Source of the DNA: Clostridia bacterium | GTDB taxonomy: Bacteria; Bacillota; Clostridia; Oscillospirales; Acutalibacteraceae | Reading direction: 5' to 3' | NCBI GenBank assembly: GCA_017397655.1 | Contig: JAFQIG010000056.1 | Coordinates: forward strand, 6,306-70,305 | DNA: 64,000 nucleotides | Part shown: in pieces, positions 19,290-28,752 of the stretch | How the letters are laid out: every line of letters starts with the position of its first letter | Position numbering within the stretch: position 1 is the stretch's first letter | Translations under genes and position numbers: made by a program | Notes under the pieces: model-generated | The model's input: the letters and a program-made list of their open reading frames with translations, nothing else | Databases searched by the model: none | Told to the model about the DNA's origin: nothing

Positions 19290-20321
19290 TTATTTAGCTG
19301 CAAAATACATTATCAGTATACCTGCTGTGCTGCCGATTATGTTGACTGCCGAAAAGACCGTAACGATCTTTTTTTCGCTCCAACCCGACATTTCAAAGTG
19401 ATGATGTATCGGAGCCATTTTAAAAATACGCTTACCGTGAGTCAATTTGAAATATCCGATCTGGATAACGTCCGACAGACCTTCAATTACATAAATAATG
19501 CCTACGCAAAGAAGGATCAGAGGACAGTTGATTGCATATGCAAGCGCTACGACAAGTCCGCCGAGGAACATATATCCCGTATCGCCCATAAAGACCTTGG
19601 CAGGGTTGCGGTTCCACACAAGGAAGCCTGCACAGCCGCCTGCCAATGCCGATGCAACAACACCTACTCCCGACAGCTTGCAGATAACGGAAATCACAAC
19701 AAAAGCTACCGCCGCCGTCAAGGTAACGCTCGAACAAAGTCCGTCAATACCGTCCGTAAAGTTAACCGCATTGATCGTTGCATAAATTACCGCCGCACCG
19801 AGTATCCAGAAAAAGATACCCATCTCTACATTGCCGATAAACGGAATGTACATATACGGCTGTTTGCCCATACTCATATAAAGAGAGACAAGATATGCGG
19901 CAATGATAAAAACCTGCGCAACCGTCTTTTGCATTATTGACAGACCGAGGTTACGCTTTTTGACAACCTTGATATAGTCATCGGCAAAGCCGACAATTCC
20001 GAATGCAAATGCCATCAGAAGTCCCGAAATAAGCTTTGATCTGATCTCAAGCGGAAGAAGATACTCTCCTGCCAGAATGTCGCCACCCATCAGCTTATCC
20101 GTAACAACGGTTATAATAACCGCGATGACCGTTCCTGCCATAAACATTATACCGCCCATTGTGGGAGTACCCTGCTTTTGCTTGTGCCAGTTAGGTCCGA
20201 TGTCAAGTATCGTCTGTCCGAACTTCAGCTTGTGCAACCACGGAATAACAACTATTCCGAGAAGTGCCGTTACCGCAAATGCCACAACTGCCGATAAAAT
20301 AAATGCCGCTATCGTATTCAT
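19290..20321 (-). CDS. mraY: Phospho-N-acetylmuramoyl-pentapeptide transferase MraY
   Basis: KQGTPTMGG, NAVNFTDGIDGL and HHHFE motifs. Confidence 0.95.
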   Translation of the reverse strand: MNTIAAFILSAVVAFAVTALLGIVVIPWLHKLKFGQTILDIGPNWHKQKQGTPTMGGIMFMAGTVIAVIITVVTDKLMGGDILAGEYLLPLEIRSKLISGLLMAFAFGIVGFADDYIKVVKKRNLGLSIMQKTVAQVFIIAAYLVSLYMSMGKQPYMYIPFIGNVEMGIFFWILGAAVIYATINAVNFTDGIDGLCSSVTLTAAVAFVVISVICKLSGVGVVASALAGGCAGFLVWNRNPAKVFMGDTGYMFLGGLVVALAYAINCPLILLCVGIIYVIEGLSDVIQIGYFKLTHGKRIFKMAPIHHHFEMSGWSEKKIVTVFSAVNIIGSTAGILIMYFAAK

Positions 20322-21673
20322 GCTTCCAACTCCTCATATATGCTGTTTATAACTTCTTCAAGCTTCATACCTCTGCTTGCTTTGAAAAGTACAGCATCGT
20401 TTTCTTTTAATATATCCTTTAAAGCATCCGCAAGCTCTGACTTTGAATTGAAGCTGCGTACTGCCTTAACACCGCTTTTTATTGCAGTCTCTGCCGTCAG
20501 TTCTGATCTTTCACCGTAAGTGTACAGGATATCAATGCCTGCTTCACCTGCGATTCTGCCCGATTTGCGATGTGCCTCTTCTGACATTTCACCGAGCTCC
20601 AGCATATCTCCGAGCACGGCAATACGACGAGATGCATTAACTCCCGACAACGTGTTTATCGCCGCCTTGACCGAATCGGGACTTGCATTATAGCAATCCT
20701 CGATAAAGCAGATATCCTTCACCGTGCGGAAGCGCTGTCTCATACCGCTCGGTACATACCGAGAAAGCGCCCTTGCCGCCTGTTCGGGATCGACCGAAAC
20801 CAAAAATCCTGCCGTGAACGCCGCCAATGCATTATAAATATTGTGTATTCCCGGTGCAGGAAGCTCTACTCTCTGCTCACCGCATCCGAAGTCAACCGTG
20901 AAAGCACTCTTGTCACCGAGGTTTTCAATATCATATGCCTTGAAGCGGCAATATTTATTTCTGATTCCGTAATAATAAACGGGTCTGTCGGTCACCTTTG
21001 CATTATAAAGCAGCTCATCGTCACCGTTGAGAATCAGCGGTGCATCGGGCTTCATACCCTCGGTAATTTCCAGCTTTGCCTTGAGTATGTTCTCTCTTGA
21101 TCCGAGATTTTCGATATGCGAAATACCGATATTACCGATAATCGAAAGTGTCGGCGATGCCGCACGTGTCAGGCGTGCTATCTCGCCCGAATGATTCATT
21201 CCCATTTCGATTACCGCCGCTTCGTATGTGCCGTCAAGTCGGAACAGCGTCTTCGGCAAGCCTATTTCATTATTTAGATTTCCCTCGGTCTTGAGCGTTT
21301 TATATTTTTGCGAAAGGACATCGCAGGTCATCTCTTTTACCGTTGTTTTTCCGACACTTCCCGTGACACCTGCAACGGTTATCGGGAACTTATTTCTGTA
21401 ATAGCCCGAAAGACGCAAAAGCGCCTCTCTGGTGCCGTTTGTCACGATCTGTCTGTCAAGTCCGAGATCCCTTTCAGACAGCACAGCGACCGCACCCTTT
21501 TCGAGTGCGGCTTGCGCAAATGTATGTCCGTCAAAATTTTCGCCTGCTATGCAGACAAAAAGACTGCCTTTTTCTATCGTTCTGGTATCGGTACTGACCG
21601 ATAAAATATCATCATCAAAGCTTACGGAAACGCCTAAAGCTTCTGCTGTCTCACGTACAGAAAGTTTATCCAC
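20318..21673 (-). CDS. murF: UDP-MurNAc-tripeptide--D-Ala-D-Ala ligase MurF
   Basis: GVTGSVGKTT P-loop; Mur ligase architecture; ATGA overlap with mraY. Confidence 0.9.
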   Translation of the reverse strand: MDKLSVRETAEALGVSVSFDDDILSVSTDTRTIEKGSLFVCIAGENFDGHTFAQAALEKGAVAVLSERDLGLDRQIVTNGTREALLRLSGYYRNKFPITVAGVTGSVGKTTVKEMTCDVLSQKYKTLKTEGNLNNEIGLPKTLFRLDGTYEAAVIEMGMNHSGEIARLTRAASPTLSIIGNIGISHIENLGSRENILKAKLEITEGMKPDAPLILNGDDELLYNAKVTDRPVYYYGIRNKYCRFKAYDIENLGDKSAFTVDFGCGEQRVELPAPGIHNIYNALAAFTAGFLVSVDPEQAARALSRYVPSGMRQRFRTVKDICFIEDCYNASPDSVKAAINTLSGVNASRRIAVLGDMLELGEMSEEAHRKSGRIAGEAGIDILYTYGERSELTAETAIKSGVKAVRSFNSKSELADALKDILKENDAVLFKASRGMKLEEVINSIYEELEA

Positions 21674-21685
21674 AAAAACACCTCT

Positions 21686-23128
21686 TTATTTCTTGCCGTT
21701 CAATATTCCAGCTACAATTTCCCTCTCGTCCATATGATGCTTTTCGTGTCCTATTATCTGATACGTTTCCTGTCCTTTACCTGCAAGAAGTATAAAATCG
21801 CCCGACTTTGCTTTTTTCATAGCCCTCTCAATGGCTTCACGTCTGTCGGCTATTCTGTATACGGGAACCTTCGCCTTCTGTGTTCCCGCCATAATATCGT
21901 CAATGATCTTTTCGGGATCCTCCGTTCTCGGATTATCCGATGTTACAATTACCATATCGGCATTCTCTGCCGCTATTTTTCCCATAATGGGTCGCTTGGT
22001 GCTGTCACGGTCTCCTCCGCATCCGAATACCACAATCGTCTTTCCTGCCGTTATCTTCTGCAATGTTTTTATAACATTCTCAAGTGCATCGGGTGTATGT
22101 GCATAGTCAATGATTACCGTATAATCGGTATCGGTCGGAACAACCTCCATTCGTCCCGGTACGGAATTAAACAATGCTACCGCCTCGACGATTTCGTCAA
22201 TCGGAAGTCCCATACGTGCAAGGCAGACAACAGCTCCCATTGAGTTGTAAACAGAAAATTCTCCCGGAACCTTGAAGCGGATACGCTTGATAAAATTCTT
22301 GCTGACAAGCTCATACTCGGCACCCGTGCTTTTTATGTTGGGATTCTTTGCCGCAAAATCCGCTTTGTCATTCTTTATTGAAAAACTGACTACGGGACAG
22401 CTGACACCTTCGATCATCTTGTTTGCCGCCGCATCGTCAAGATTTATAACGGCGAGATCGGTGTTTTCAAACAGCATATGCTTTGCGGCAATGTAATTTT
22501 CAAAGCTTCCGTGGTAGTCAAGGTGATCCTGTGTAAGATTTGTAAAGATTGCCGAGCTGAAGCGGACACCCTGAAGCCTACGCTGTGCCAGAGCCTGCGA
22601 CGATGCTTCCATAACGCAATACTCACAGCCTGCATCAACCATTTTTCTGAAGTATTCGTAAAGCTGAATAGGATCGGGCGTTGTGAGCGTTGCTTCGATC
22701 TCTTCATCACCGATAACCGTCTTTACCGTACCGATAAGACCGCAGCTGTAGCCCATTCTTGTCAGAATGTCGTGTATAAGGAAGCAAGTCGTTGTCTTGC
22801 CGTTTGTTCCCGTTACACCGATAATCTTAAGTTGTCTTTCGGGATTGCCGAAAAGCGATGAGCACATAAGCGCATAAGCCGCCCTTGTGTTATCTGTCAC
22901 TATCTGATTATCAATACCAAGATCACGCTCGGTGACAACCGCAACTGCTCCCTGTGACAGCGCCTGTGCCGCCTTTGTGTGACCGTCAAAGTTGTTTCCC
23001 TGTATGCATACAAACACACTGCCGACCGTAACCTTTCTTGAATCATCGGTTACCGTGCTGACCTGCGATTGCATTTGTGCGGTGTTTGATATAATATTTA
23101 CATTTTCAAGAAGCTGTGAAAGCTGCAT
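21686..23128 (-). CDS. murE: UDP-MurNAc-L-Ala-D-Glu--2,6-diaminopimelate (or Lys) ligase MurE
   Basis: GVTGTNGKTT P-loop. The start was moved to the ATG at 23128 (MQLSQLLENV) after a GGAGG RBS, because the track start overlaps the PBP gene. Confidence 0.92.
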   Translation of the reverse strand: MQLSQLLENVNIISNTAQMQSQVSTVTDDSRKVTVGSVFVCIQGNNFDGHTKAAQALSQGAVAVVTERDLGIDNQIVTDNTRAAYALMCSSLFGNPERQLKIIGVTGTNGKTTTCFLIHDILTRMGYSCGLIGTVKTVIGDEEIEATLTTPDPIQLYEYFRKMVDAGCEYCVMEASSQALAQRRLQGVRFSSAIFTNLTQDHLDYHGSFENYIAAKHMLFENTDLAVINLDDAAANKMIEGVSCPVVSFSIKNDKADFAAKNPNIKSTGAEYELVSKNFIKRIRFKVPGEFSVYNSMGAVVCLARMGLPIDEIVEAVALFNSVPGRMEVVPTDTDYTVIIDYAHTPDALENVIKTLQKITAGKTIVVFGCGGDRDSTKRPIMGKIAAENADMVIVTSDNPRTEDPEKIIDDIMAGTQKAKVPVYRIADRREAIERAMKKAKSGDFILLAGKGQETYQIIGHEKHHMDEREIVAGILNGKK

Positions 23129-23141
23129 AATTCTGCCTCCG

Positions 23142-25427
23142 TTATCCTTCGTCATCGGATATTCCCGTATTTGATTTAAATGAGACGGTAACAACCGTTC
23201 CGTATTCTACCTGTGTTCCTTTTGCAATGCTTTGCTTGTATGAAACAAGCTCGCTTGTAAGAAGTGAGTTACCCGATATCTTTATATTGATTCCTGCCGC
23301 CAAAGCCTTGTTTGTCGCTTCGTTTACGGACAGTCCCGTAAGATCGGGCATCTCAAGTGTTTCGTTCTTTGCTTCTGCAGATGTGTACAGTATGACAACA
23401 CCGTTTTTCGGTACACTCTGACCTGCTGACGGTATCTGTGCAATAACTGTTTCTCCGTCGCCCCTTACCTTTACATTGACGGAATCCGCCGACAGAATAC
23501 TTCTCGCTTCCGACACGCTCTTGCCTACAACATCCTTTGCCGATATTTCAAATTTTTCAAGCTCTTCCTGAGTGTATTGCGGTTCAACATTAAGATACTG
23601 CATTACATCCTCAATTATTCCCGATGCAACGGGAGCCGCTACGGCACCGCCGCCGTGTGCACCGCGTGGATTGTCGATAACAAGAAGCATCGTAATCTCG
23701 GGATCATTTGCAGGTGCAAAGCACGCAAAGGATGCCCAATATTCTTTTGTTACACCGTTTTCGTTGGTGTTAAGGTTTTCGGATGTACCTGTTTTACCTG
23801 CCACACGATAGCCGGCCACATACGCATTTTTACCTGTTCCTTCCTTGACAACAAGCTCAAGCATCTCCCGCATTGTCGCACTTGTCTTTTCGGAAATGAC
23901 CTGTCTTTTGACTGTAGGCTCTGTCACCTTGATAACATTGCCCTCGTTATCAAGCTGTTTTGACACGATGTAAGGAACCAACAGCTTGCCGCCGTTTGCA
24001 ACGGCATTGACAGCCGTAATCATCTGAATGGGAGTTACCTCGAACGTCTGACCGAACGATGCGCTGGCAACATTGGCAAGAATCATATCGTCGATGTCAA
24101 AGTAAACCGATGTTCGCTCGCCCGGAAGATCAATTCCCGTTTTGTCAAGGAATCCGAAGGCTTCAAAATATCTGTTGAAGCCCGGAATTTCCAGTCTCAG
24201 ACCTCTTGTTATAAAAAACGGATTGCACGAATTCATCAAAGCCTTGGTAAGGTTCTGTGTTCCGTGGCCCTCGTGCTTGTGACAGTTATATGACGAGCCT
24301 GCCGCCTTGACATTTCCCGTACAGGTAAAGGTCTCGTCAAGAGTTATAAGGTTTTCTTCAAGCAATGCCGATGCCGTGAAAATCTTGAATACCGATCCCG
24401 GCTCATACGTGTCGCTGATACAGATGTTTCGCCATTGCTCGTATCTTTCGTTTTCGATAGCCTTCTTTCGGTCCTCTTCGTCCTCGATTGCTTCAAGCTT
24501 AGCCAGCATATTTTTATCAGCAATGGAGTAATAATCGGACAGATCGAAGTTACCTGCGCCTCTGCTCGCCATACCGAGTATTGCACCCGTATCCGTATCC
24601 ATAATGATTCCGAGTACAGAGTCGCATCCCGTATCAACAAATGCCTGTGAAAGCGCATTTTCAAGGTAGCTTTGAATATATTCGTCAATCGTCAGTACAA
24701 GCGAGTTGCCTTGCTTTGCATCGTACACACTCTTGTATTCGATCGGCATACTGTTGCTTTTTGTACCGCCGTTCTTTGCCGTAATTATTCTGCCCGGAAC
24801 ACCCGTCAGAACGGAATTATACTCCTGCTCAAGTCCGTAAAATCCCACATTGTCGGCACCGACATAGCCGAGTACCGATGATGCAAGATACGGTTTTGAA
24901 TAATATCTTTTTACGTCAGGCGTGATGCCGATATAATAACTGTATTTTTTTGTTACCGTATTGCCTTTTTCATCCTTGAAGCTGATTTTTTCCTCAAGAA
25001 ATTCGGAAACCTTGTTTGCCGTCTCAATATCAACTTCGCCTTTTATTGTAATGTTATTATAACCTGTTCTGCTGCATTTTTCTTTTATTGTTTCTTTATC
25101 AACACCGAGTAATTCGGACAATCGCTCCGATATTCTGTCAATGACAAGATTGTTATTATCAATTGCAGACGGATTGACATAAATCTTTTTAGCTCCCGTG
25201 CTTTCGGCAAGCGGCGTCATATTCGCATCGTAAATAATCCCTCTTTCTGCCGCCACAACCGTGTCCTGAAGCTGATTCTGTGCAGCCTTTTCGCGGTATT
25301 CGCCGCCCTTTACAAGCTGAACATAAGCCAGAGACACTATACAAGCACCAAGCCCCACTATACACAAAAGAGCCAGAACAAATATTGCCCGGCTTGCGAA
25401 TTTCTGTTTTGAGGTTTTCAGCGCCAT
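23142..25427 (-). CDS. Class B penicillin-binding protein (FtsI/PBP2B/SpoVD type) with two C-terminal PASTA domains
   Basis: N-terminal TM; SVFK (SxxK), SCN (SxN) and KTGT motifs; duplicated PASTA-like C-terminus. Confidence 0.92.
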   Translation of the reverse strand: MALKTSKQKFASRAIFVLALLCIVGLGACIVSLAYVQLVKGGEYREKAAQNQLQDTVVAAERGIIYDANMTPLAESTGAKKIYVNPSAIDNNNLVIDRISERLSELLGVDKETIKEKCSRTGYNNITIKGEVDIETANKVSEFLEEKISFKDEKGNTVTKKYSYYIGITPDVKRYYSKPYLASSVLGYVGADNVGFYGLEQEYNSVLTGVPGRIITAKNGGTKSNSMPIEYKSVYDAKQGNSLVLTIDEYIQSYLENALSQAFVDTGCDSVLGIIMDTDTGAILGMASRGAGNFDLSDYYSIADKNMLAKLEAIEDEEDRKKAIENERYEQWRNICISDTYEPGSVFKIFTASALLEENLITLDETFTCTGNVKAAGSSYNCHKHEGHGTQNLTKALMNSCNPFFITRGLRLEIPGFNRYFEAFGFLDKTGIDLPGERTSVYFDIDDMILANVASASFGQTFEVTPIQMITAVNAVANGGKLLVPYIVSKQLDNEGNVIKVTEPTVKRQVISEKTSATMREMLELVVKEGTGKNAYVAGYRVAGKTGTSENLNTNENGVTKEYWASFACFAPANDPEITMLLVIDNPRGAHGGGAVAAPVASGIIEDVMQYLNVEPQYTQEELEKFEISAKDVVGKSVSEARSILSADSVNVKVRGDGETVIAQIPSAGQSVPKNGVVILYTSAEAKNETLEMPDLTGLSVNEATNKALAAGINIKISGNSLLTSELVSYKQSIAKGTQVEYGTVVTVSFKSNTGISDDEG

Positions 25428-25541
25428 TTCTGTCCCCTTTCTAAAAAAGAAGCCTCAGCCAAGATACTTTTATTCCGTACCCCTCTGAGGCTCATATTAT
25501 TTCAGCCTTCGACAGTTAAATATATGACGTGATTTCAAAAA

Positions 25542-26030
25542 TCATTCATTGATATGACCGTCATAAATGACAACCTCGTCCTCGCTGTCGTTTGTAAAAA
25601 AGCGTACCTGATATTTTTGTCTTTTTACCATACCAAGCTCTTCTTCGGCGTACTTTTCGATGCTGTCGATTGAAAACAGGCTGTTGAATTCAGATTCAAG
25701 TCGTACCGTTTCGCTTTTTGCATCGCTTATTCGCTGTTCGATTTTCGCCGCTTCCGTATTAAGCTTTAAAAGCTGAACTCTTTCAAAAACGAGCGTACTG
25801 AACATAGCAAGAAGAAGCACGGATAAAACAATTATCTTTGTTGCACTCTTTGCGGATTCCCTGACCTGTGCCGAGCTTGTATTCTCGCTCACGAGCTTCT
25901 GAGGCACAAGATGAGGCGTTGCCACAACGTGCTTTGTCGTTGACGGCGGCGTTATTGCGTGCTTGGGTGCAGCTGTCTGTCTGCGCTGTACATTAATATC
26001 AAGTGCCGCATTTGCATTGTACGCTCTCAT
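25542..26030 (-). CDS. ftsL: FtsL-like septation protein (TM plus coiled coil)
   Basis: Position between rsmH and the PBP; single TM (IIVLSVLLLAMFSTLVF) followed by a coiled-coil region. Confidence 0.55.
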   Translation of the reverse strand: MRAYNANAALDINVQRRQTAAPKHAITPPSTTKHVVATPHLVPQKLVSENTSSAQVRESAKSATKIIVLSVLLLAMFSTLVFERVQLLKLNTEAAKIEQRISDAKSETVRLESEFNSLFSIDSIEKYAEEELGMVKRQKYQVRFFTNDSEDEVVIYDGHINE

Positions 26031-26052
26031 TTTTGTTCCCCTCTTTCGGTTT

Positions 26053-26973
26053 TTAAAGCTTTTCTATTACACGAAGCTTTGCGCTTCTGCTTCTGCTGTT
26101 TTCGGATAATTCCTTTTTGCTCGCTCCCGATGCCTTGACAGGTATTCTGCCCTGCGGCTTTTTGCCGCACACACACACGGGAAAATCAGGCGGACACGTG
26201 CATCCCGAACAAAGTGATGCAAATCGTTTTTTAACAATTCTGTCCTCAAGCGAATGGAATGTGATTATCGCGAGTCTGCCCGAAGGCTTAAGACTGTAAA
26301 ACAAGTCACAAACCGCATTGTCAAGCATTTCAAGCTCTCCGTTGACCTCGATACGAATTGCCTGAAAGGTCTTTCGTGCAGGATGTCCGTCTCTGCGTAC
26401 TGCCGCAGGTACCGCCGATCTGACAATATCGGCAAGCTGCAGAGTTGTTGTTATCGGAGCAATCTGCCGTTCCCTGACGATCGCCGCTGCTATTGACGGC
26501 GCAAACTTCTCTTCGCCGTAGTTGTACAGGATTCTCTGTAATTCGTTTTTGTCGTATGTATTAACGATATCTGCCGCACTCGTTCCCTGCATACTCATCC
26601 GCATATCAAGCGGTGCATCGTTGTGGAACGAAAAACCTCTTTCTGCCGTATCAAGCTGATGCGAGCTGACTCCGAGATCTGCAAGGATACCGTCTGCCCC
26701 GTCAATGCCGAGCTCCGACAAAATATCCTTTATGTTGAAAAAATTGTTGTTTACTATTTTTACGTTGTTTCTGCCCGAAAACCTGTTATGAAGATTTTCA
26801 ATTGCCTGCGGATCACGATCTATATCAATAAGCAATCCGTCAGTCAGTCTGTCAAGAATCAGCGATGAATGTCCGCCGCCGCCTGCCGTACAGTCAACAT
26901 ATATTCCGTTTTCACGTATGTTGAGCGCTTCGATACTTTCGGATGCCAGAACAGGTATGTGAGAAAATTCCAT
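26053..26973 (-). CDS. rsmH: 16S rRNA (cytosine1402-N4)-methyltransferase RsmH
   Basis: HIPVL...YVDCT.GGGGHS, DLGVSS and FHSLEDR motifs. Confidence 0.95.
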   Translation of the reverse strand: MEFSHIPVLASESIEALNIRENGIYVDCTAGGGGHSSLILDRLTDGLLIDIDRDPQAIENLHNRFSGRNNVKIVNNNFFNIKDILSELGIDGADGILADLGVSSHQLDTAERGFSFHNDAPLDMRMSMQGTSAADIVNTYDKNELQRILYNYGEEKFAPSIAAAIVRERQIAPITTTLQLADIVRSAVPAAVRRDGHPARKTFQAIRIEVNGELEMLDNAVCDLFYSLKPSGRLAIITFHSLEDRIVKKRFASLCSGCTCPPDFPVCVCGKKPQGRIPVKASGASKKELSENSRSRSAKLRVIEKL

Positions 26974-26985
26974 CGTCGCCCTCCG

Positions 26986-27417
26986 TTAAAATGCCAGCTC
27001 GAAGCCCTGATCCGCTGTATCGGATTCGTACTTGGCTTCCATCTGAGCCCACTCTTCGGGATCCCAGAATTCCACTCTGCGTCCTACGCCGAGAACGATA
27101 ACCTCTTTTTTAAATCCTGCTTTTTCCATAAATGCCGTAGGTACAGTGAATCGTCCCTGCTTGTCCACATCGGCGCTGTCCGTATTTTTGTAAATAAATC
27201 TTTGTCTGAGAGCAAGCTCTCTTGACGGTGCCTGATCATTGAACTTGTCCATCGCACACTGCCAATCCTCGTGAGTGTAGCCGTAAATACATTTGTCCCC
27301 GTTTTGCGGAAAATATAAAACAAAGCTGTCCCCGAGAATGTCACGCATCTTTGAAGGCACGAATAAACGGTTACGCTGGTCGAGAGTATGGGTGTACATT
27401 CCGAAGAGTCCTGCCAA
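26986..27417 (-). CDS. mraZ: Transcriptional regulator MraZ
   Basis: Two SpoVT/AbrB-like halves (DQRNRLFVPSKMR; DKQGRFTVPTAF). An ATG at 27399 (MYTHTLD) is an alternative start. Confidence 0.9.
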   Translation of the reverse strand: MAGLFGMYTHTLDQRNRLFVPSKMRDILGDSFVLYFPQNGDKCIYGYTHEDWQCAMDKFNDQAPSRELALRQRFIYKNTDSADVDKQGRFTVPTAFMEKAGFKKEVIVLGVGRRVEFWDPEEWAQMEAKYESDTADQGFELAF

Positions 27418-27492
27418 AATAACCGCCTGCCTTTCTGATATAATATAGTGTAAAATCGCTCCATTTTGTCCCTTTTTCCACCTATTGAGTTA

Positions 27493-27521
27493 ATTATATA
27501 GTATCAATTTCAATAAATCAA
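27493..27521 (-). promoter_or_regulatory. Candidate dcw (mraZ) promoter
   Basis: Minus strand TTGATT (27516-27521), 17 nt, TATAAT (27493-27498). Flanked by two AAATTGATAC direct repeats. Confidence 0.45.
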
Positions 27522-27589
27522 GTATTTGTATCAATTTTGTTATAATTATTTTCAGAAAATAGTTCACAATCAAAGCGTCGGCACAAGAT

Positions 27590-27636
27590 GTTGAAAAAAC
27601 AAAAAACCGCCGCCAGACTTTTTCAGCCTGCGGCGA
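27590..27636 (-). terminator. Intrinsic terminator after the SASP gene
   Basis: CGCCGCAGGC..GUCUGGCGGCG imperfect hairpin followed by GUUUUUUGUUUUUU. Confidence 0.55.
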
Positions 27637-27657
27637 TTAAAACTATAGAATCAAAGC

Positions 27658-27855
27658 TTATTTCATACCCTTTTCGTATGCTTCGATCATCTTCTTGACC
27701 ATCTGGCCACCGACACTACCTGCTTCCTTGGAAGTAAGGTTGCCGTTGTAACCCTGCTTAAGGTTAACGCCTACCTCGCTTGCAGCCTCCATCTTGAAAC
27801 GATCGAGAGCCTCACGTGCTTCAGGTACTACGCTGTTGTTACCACTTCTTGACAT
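27658..27855 (-). CDS. Alpha/beta-type small acid-soluble spore protein
   Basis: 65 aa. EALDRFKMEAASEVGV...SKEAGSVGGQMVKKMIE matches the two conserved SASP blocks. Confidence 0.9.
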   Translation of the reverse strand: MSRSGNNSVVPEAREALDRFKMEAASEVGVNLKQGYNGNLTSKEAGSVGGQMVKKMIEAYEKGMK

Positions 27856-27950
27856 TATTCTTTACACCCCTTTACTCGTGTAATTGCGTTTGCCCTATTA
27901 TTATTGAACAGGCTTCGGCAATTATTAAAGTAAAGTTTTGTCAAAAATAA

Positions 27951-27982
27951 TACTTTTTGAAAAGTATACTTTTTGAAAAGTA
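27951..27982. repeat. Two tandem copies of a 16-bp palindrome TACTTTTTGAAAAGTA
   Basis: Exact copies at 27951-27966 and 27967-27982, in the intergenic region between the agrB 3' end and the SASP gene 5' end. Confidence 0.85.
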
Positions 27983-27986
27983 TAAT

Positions 27987-28020
27987 GCATAACAGCAAAA
28001 CTTTCATTCTGCTGTTATGC
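27987..28020 (-). terminator. Hairpin after agrB (weak terminator candidate)
   Basis: GCAUAACAGCA-12 nt-UGCUGUUAUGC, an 11-bp perfect stem; the downstream U-tract is poor. Confidence 0.4.
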
Positions 28021-28070
28021 ACAAGTACACCGGACGGACAACATCGGGGTAAATGTATGCCGTTCGGGAC

Positions 28071-28634
28071 TTAACCGGATTTTTGTAACCGTTTGTTCTT
28101 TATCATTCCGAGAACCAACAGCACAGCCTGAACAGTCATTGCCGCAGTCAATGCACCTGTTACATTACGGTTACCATATACAATTATTATAGTCAATTCG
28201 ATAATTGATACAATAATCGCCTTACACTTGTTTATTCTTTTTCGTTTATCCGACAGCGGCTTTTCGGGTGCCGCTACAGGAGCCAGAAGAGCGATTATCG
28301 GAAATGAAGTCAAAGAAAATATCAGCCTCAGACTCAGCATCTCAAACGGAATCAGCTTCACGCCGATCAGCACGGCAACTATCATTAATGTTGACATTAC
28401 CGTACATCTCATTTCCGTTGATGCGTGCACTCCGCCGGAATATCTTCGCAGGAGGTTAAAGGCAAGAAAGAACGCCAAGGCAGCCGTCATACTTTTCAGT
28501 ATGCAGCCGCAAAGGACACAAACGGTAAGATAATACGCTTGTGATACGAGATTAAAGAGGACATATTCCATAACATCCTCTTCAATCCCGTTCAGTTTAA
28601 TTTTCCCCGATAGAAACCGAGCTATACGACTCAT
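28071..28634 (-). CDS. agrB: AgrB-family autoinducer-processing membrane peptidase (full length)
   Basis: Start at MSRIARFLSGK (28634). NLLRRYSGGVHAST motif (R..GG.HA); four or more TM segments. Confidence 0.85.
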   Translation of the reverse strand: MSRIARFLSGKIKLNGIEEDVMEYVLFNLVSQAYYLTVCVLCGCILKSMTAALAFFLAFNLLRRYSGGVHASTEMRCTVMSTLMIVAVLIGVKLIPFEMLSLRLIFSLTSFPIIALLAPVAAPEKPLSDKRKRINKCKAIIVSIIELTIIIVYGNRNVTGALTAAMTVQAVLLVLGMIKNKRLQKSG

Positions 28635-28644
28635 TCGTCTCTCA
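28276..28644. repeat. Direct repeat copy 1 (agrB 5' region; partner at 34394-34766)
   Basis: Near-identical DNA to 34394-34766. The encoded proteins differ by one 3-bp indel and two substitutions. Identity ends at ...tcattcgtctctca on one side and near ...acaggagcc on the other. Confidence 0.9.
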
Positions 28645-28752
28645 CACCATAACAAAATTCAGTCCAACACATCCTGACAGATGCTGACCGATTTCTTCGA
28701 TTTTTAACGCCGTTGCGGCGTAAAGCTTCCTTTCAAAACCATATTAATTGCC

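Noticed and set aside
19257-19940. 227-aa + ORF
   Set aside because: It is antisense to mraY, and its Arg/Cys/Tyr-rich composition is typical of a shadow frame.
28645-28752. Possible second AgrD upstream of full-length agrB (frame ending ..MCWTEFCYGVRDE*)
   Set aside because: Only the last four codons derive from the duplicated agrD 3' end. The 13-aa ATG-initiated peptide has no amphipathic leader, no PE.P tail and no RBS. It is most likely a junction artefact of the insertion.
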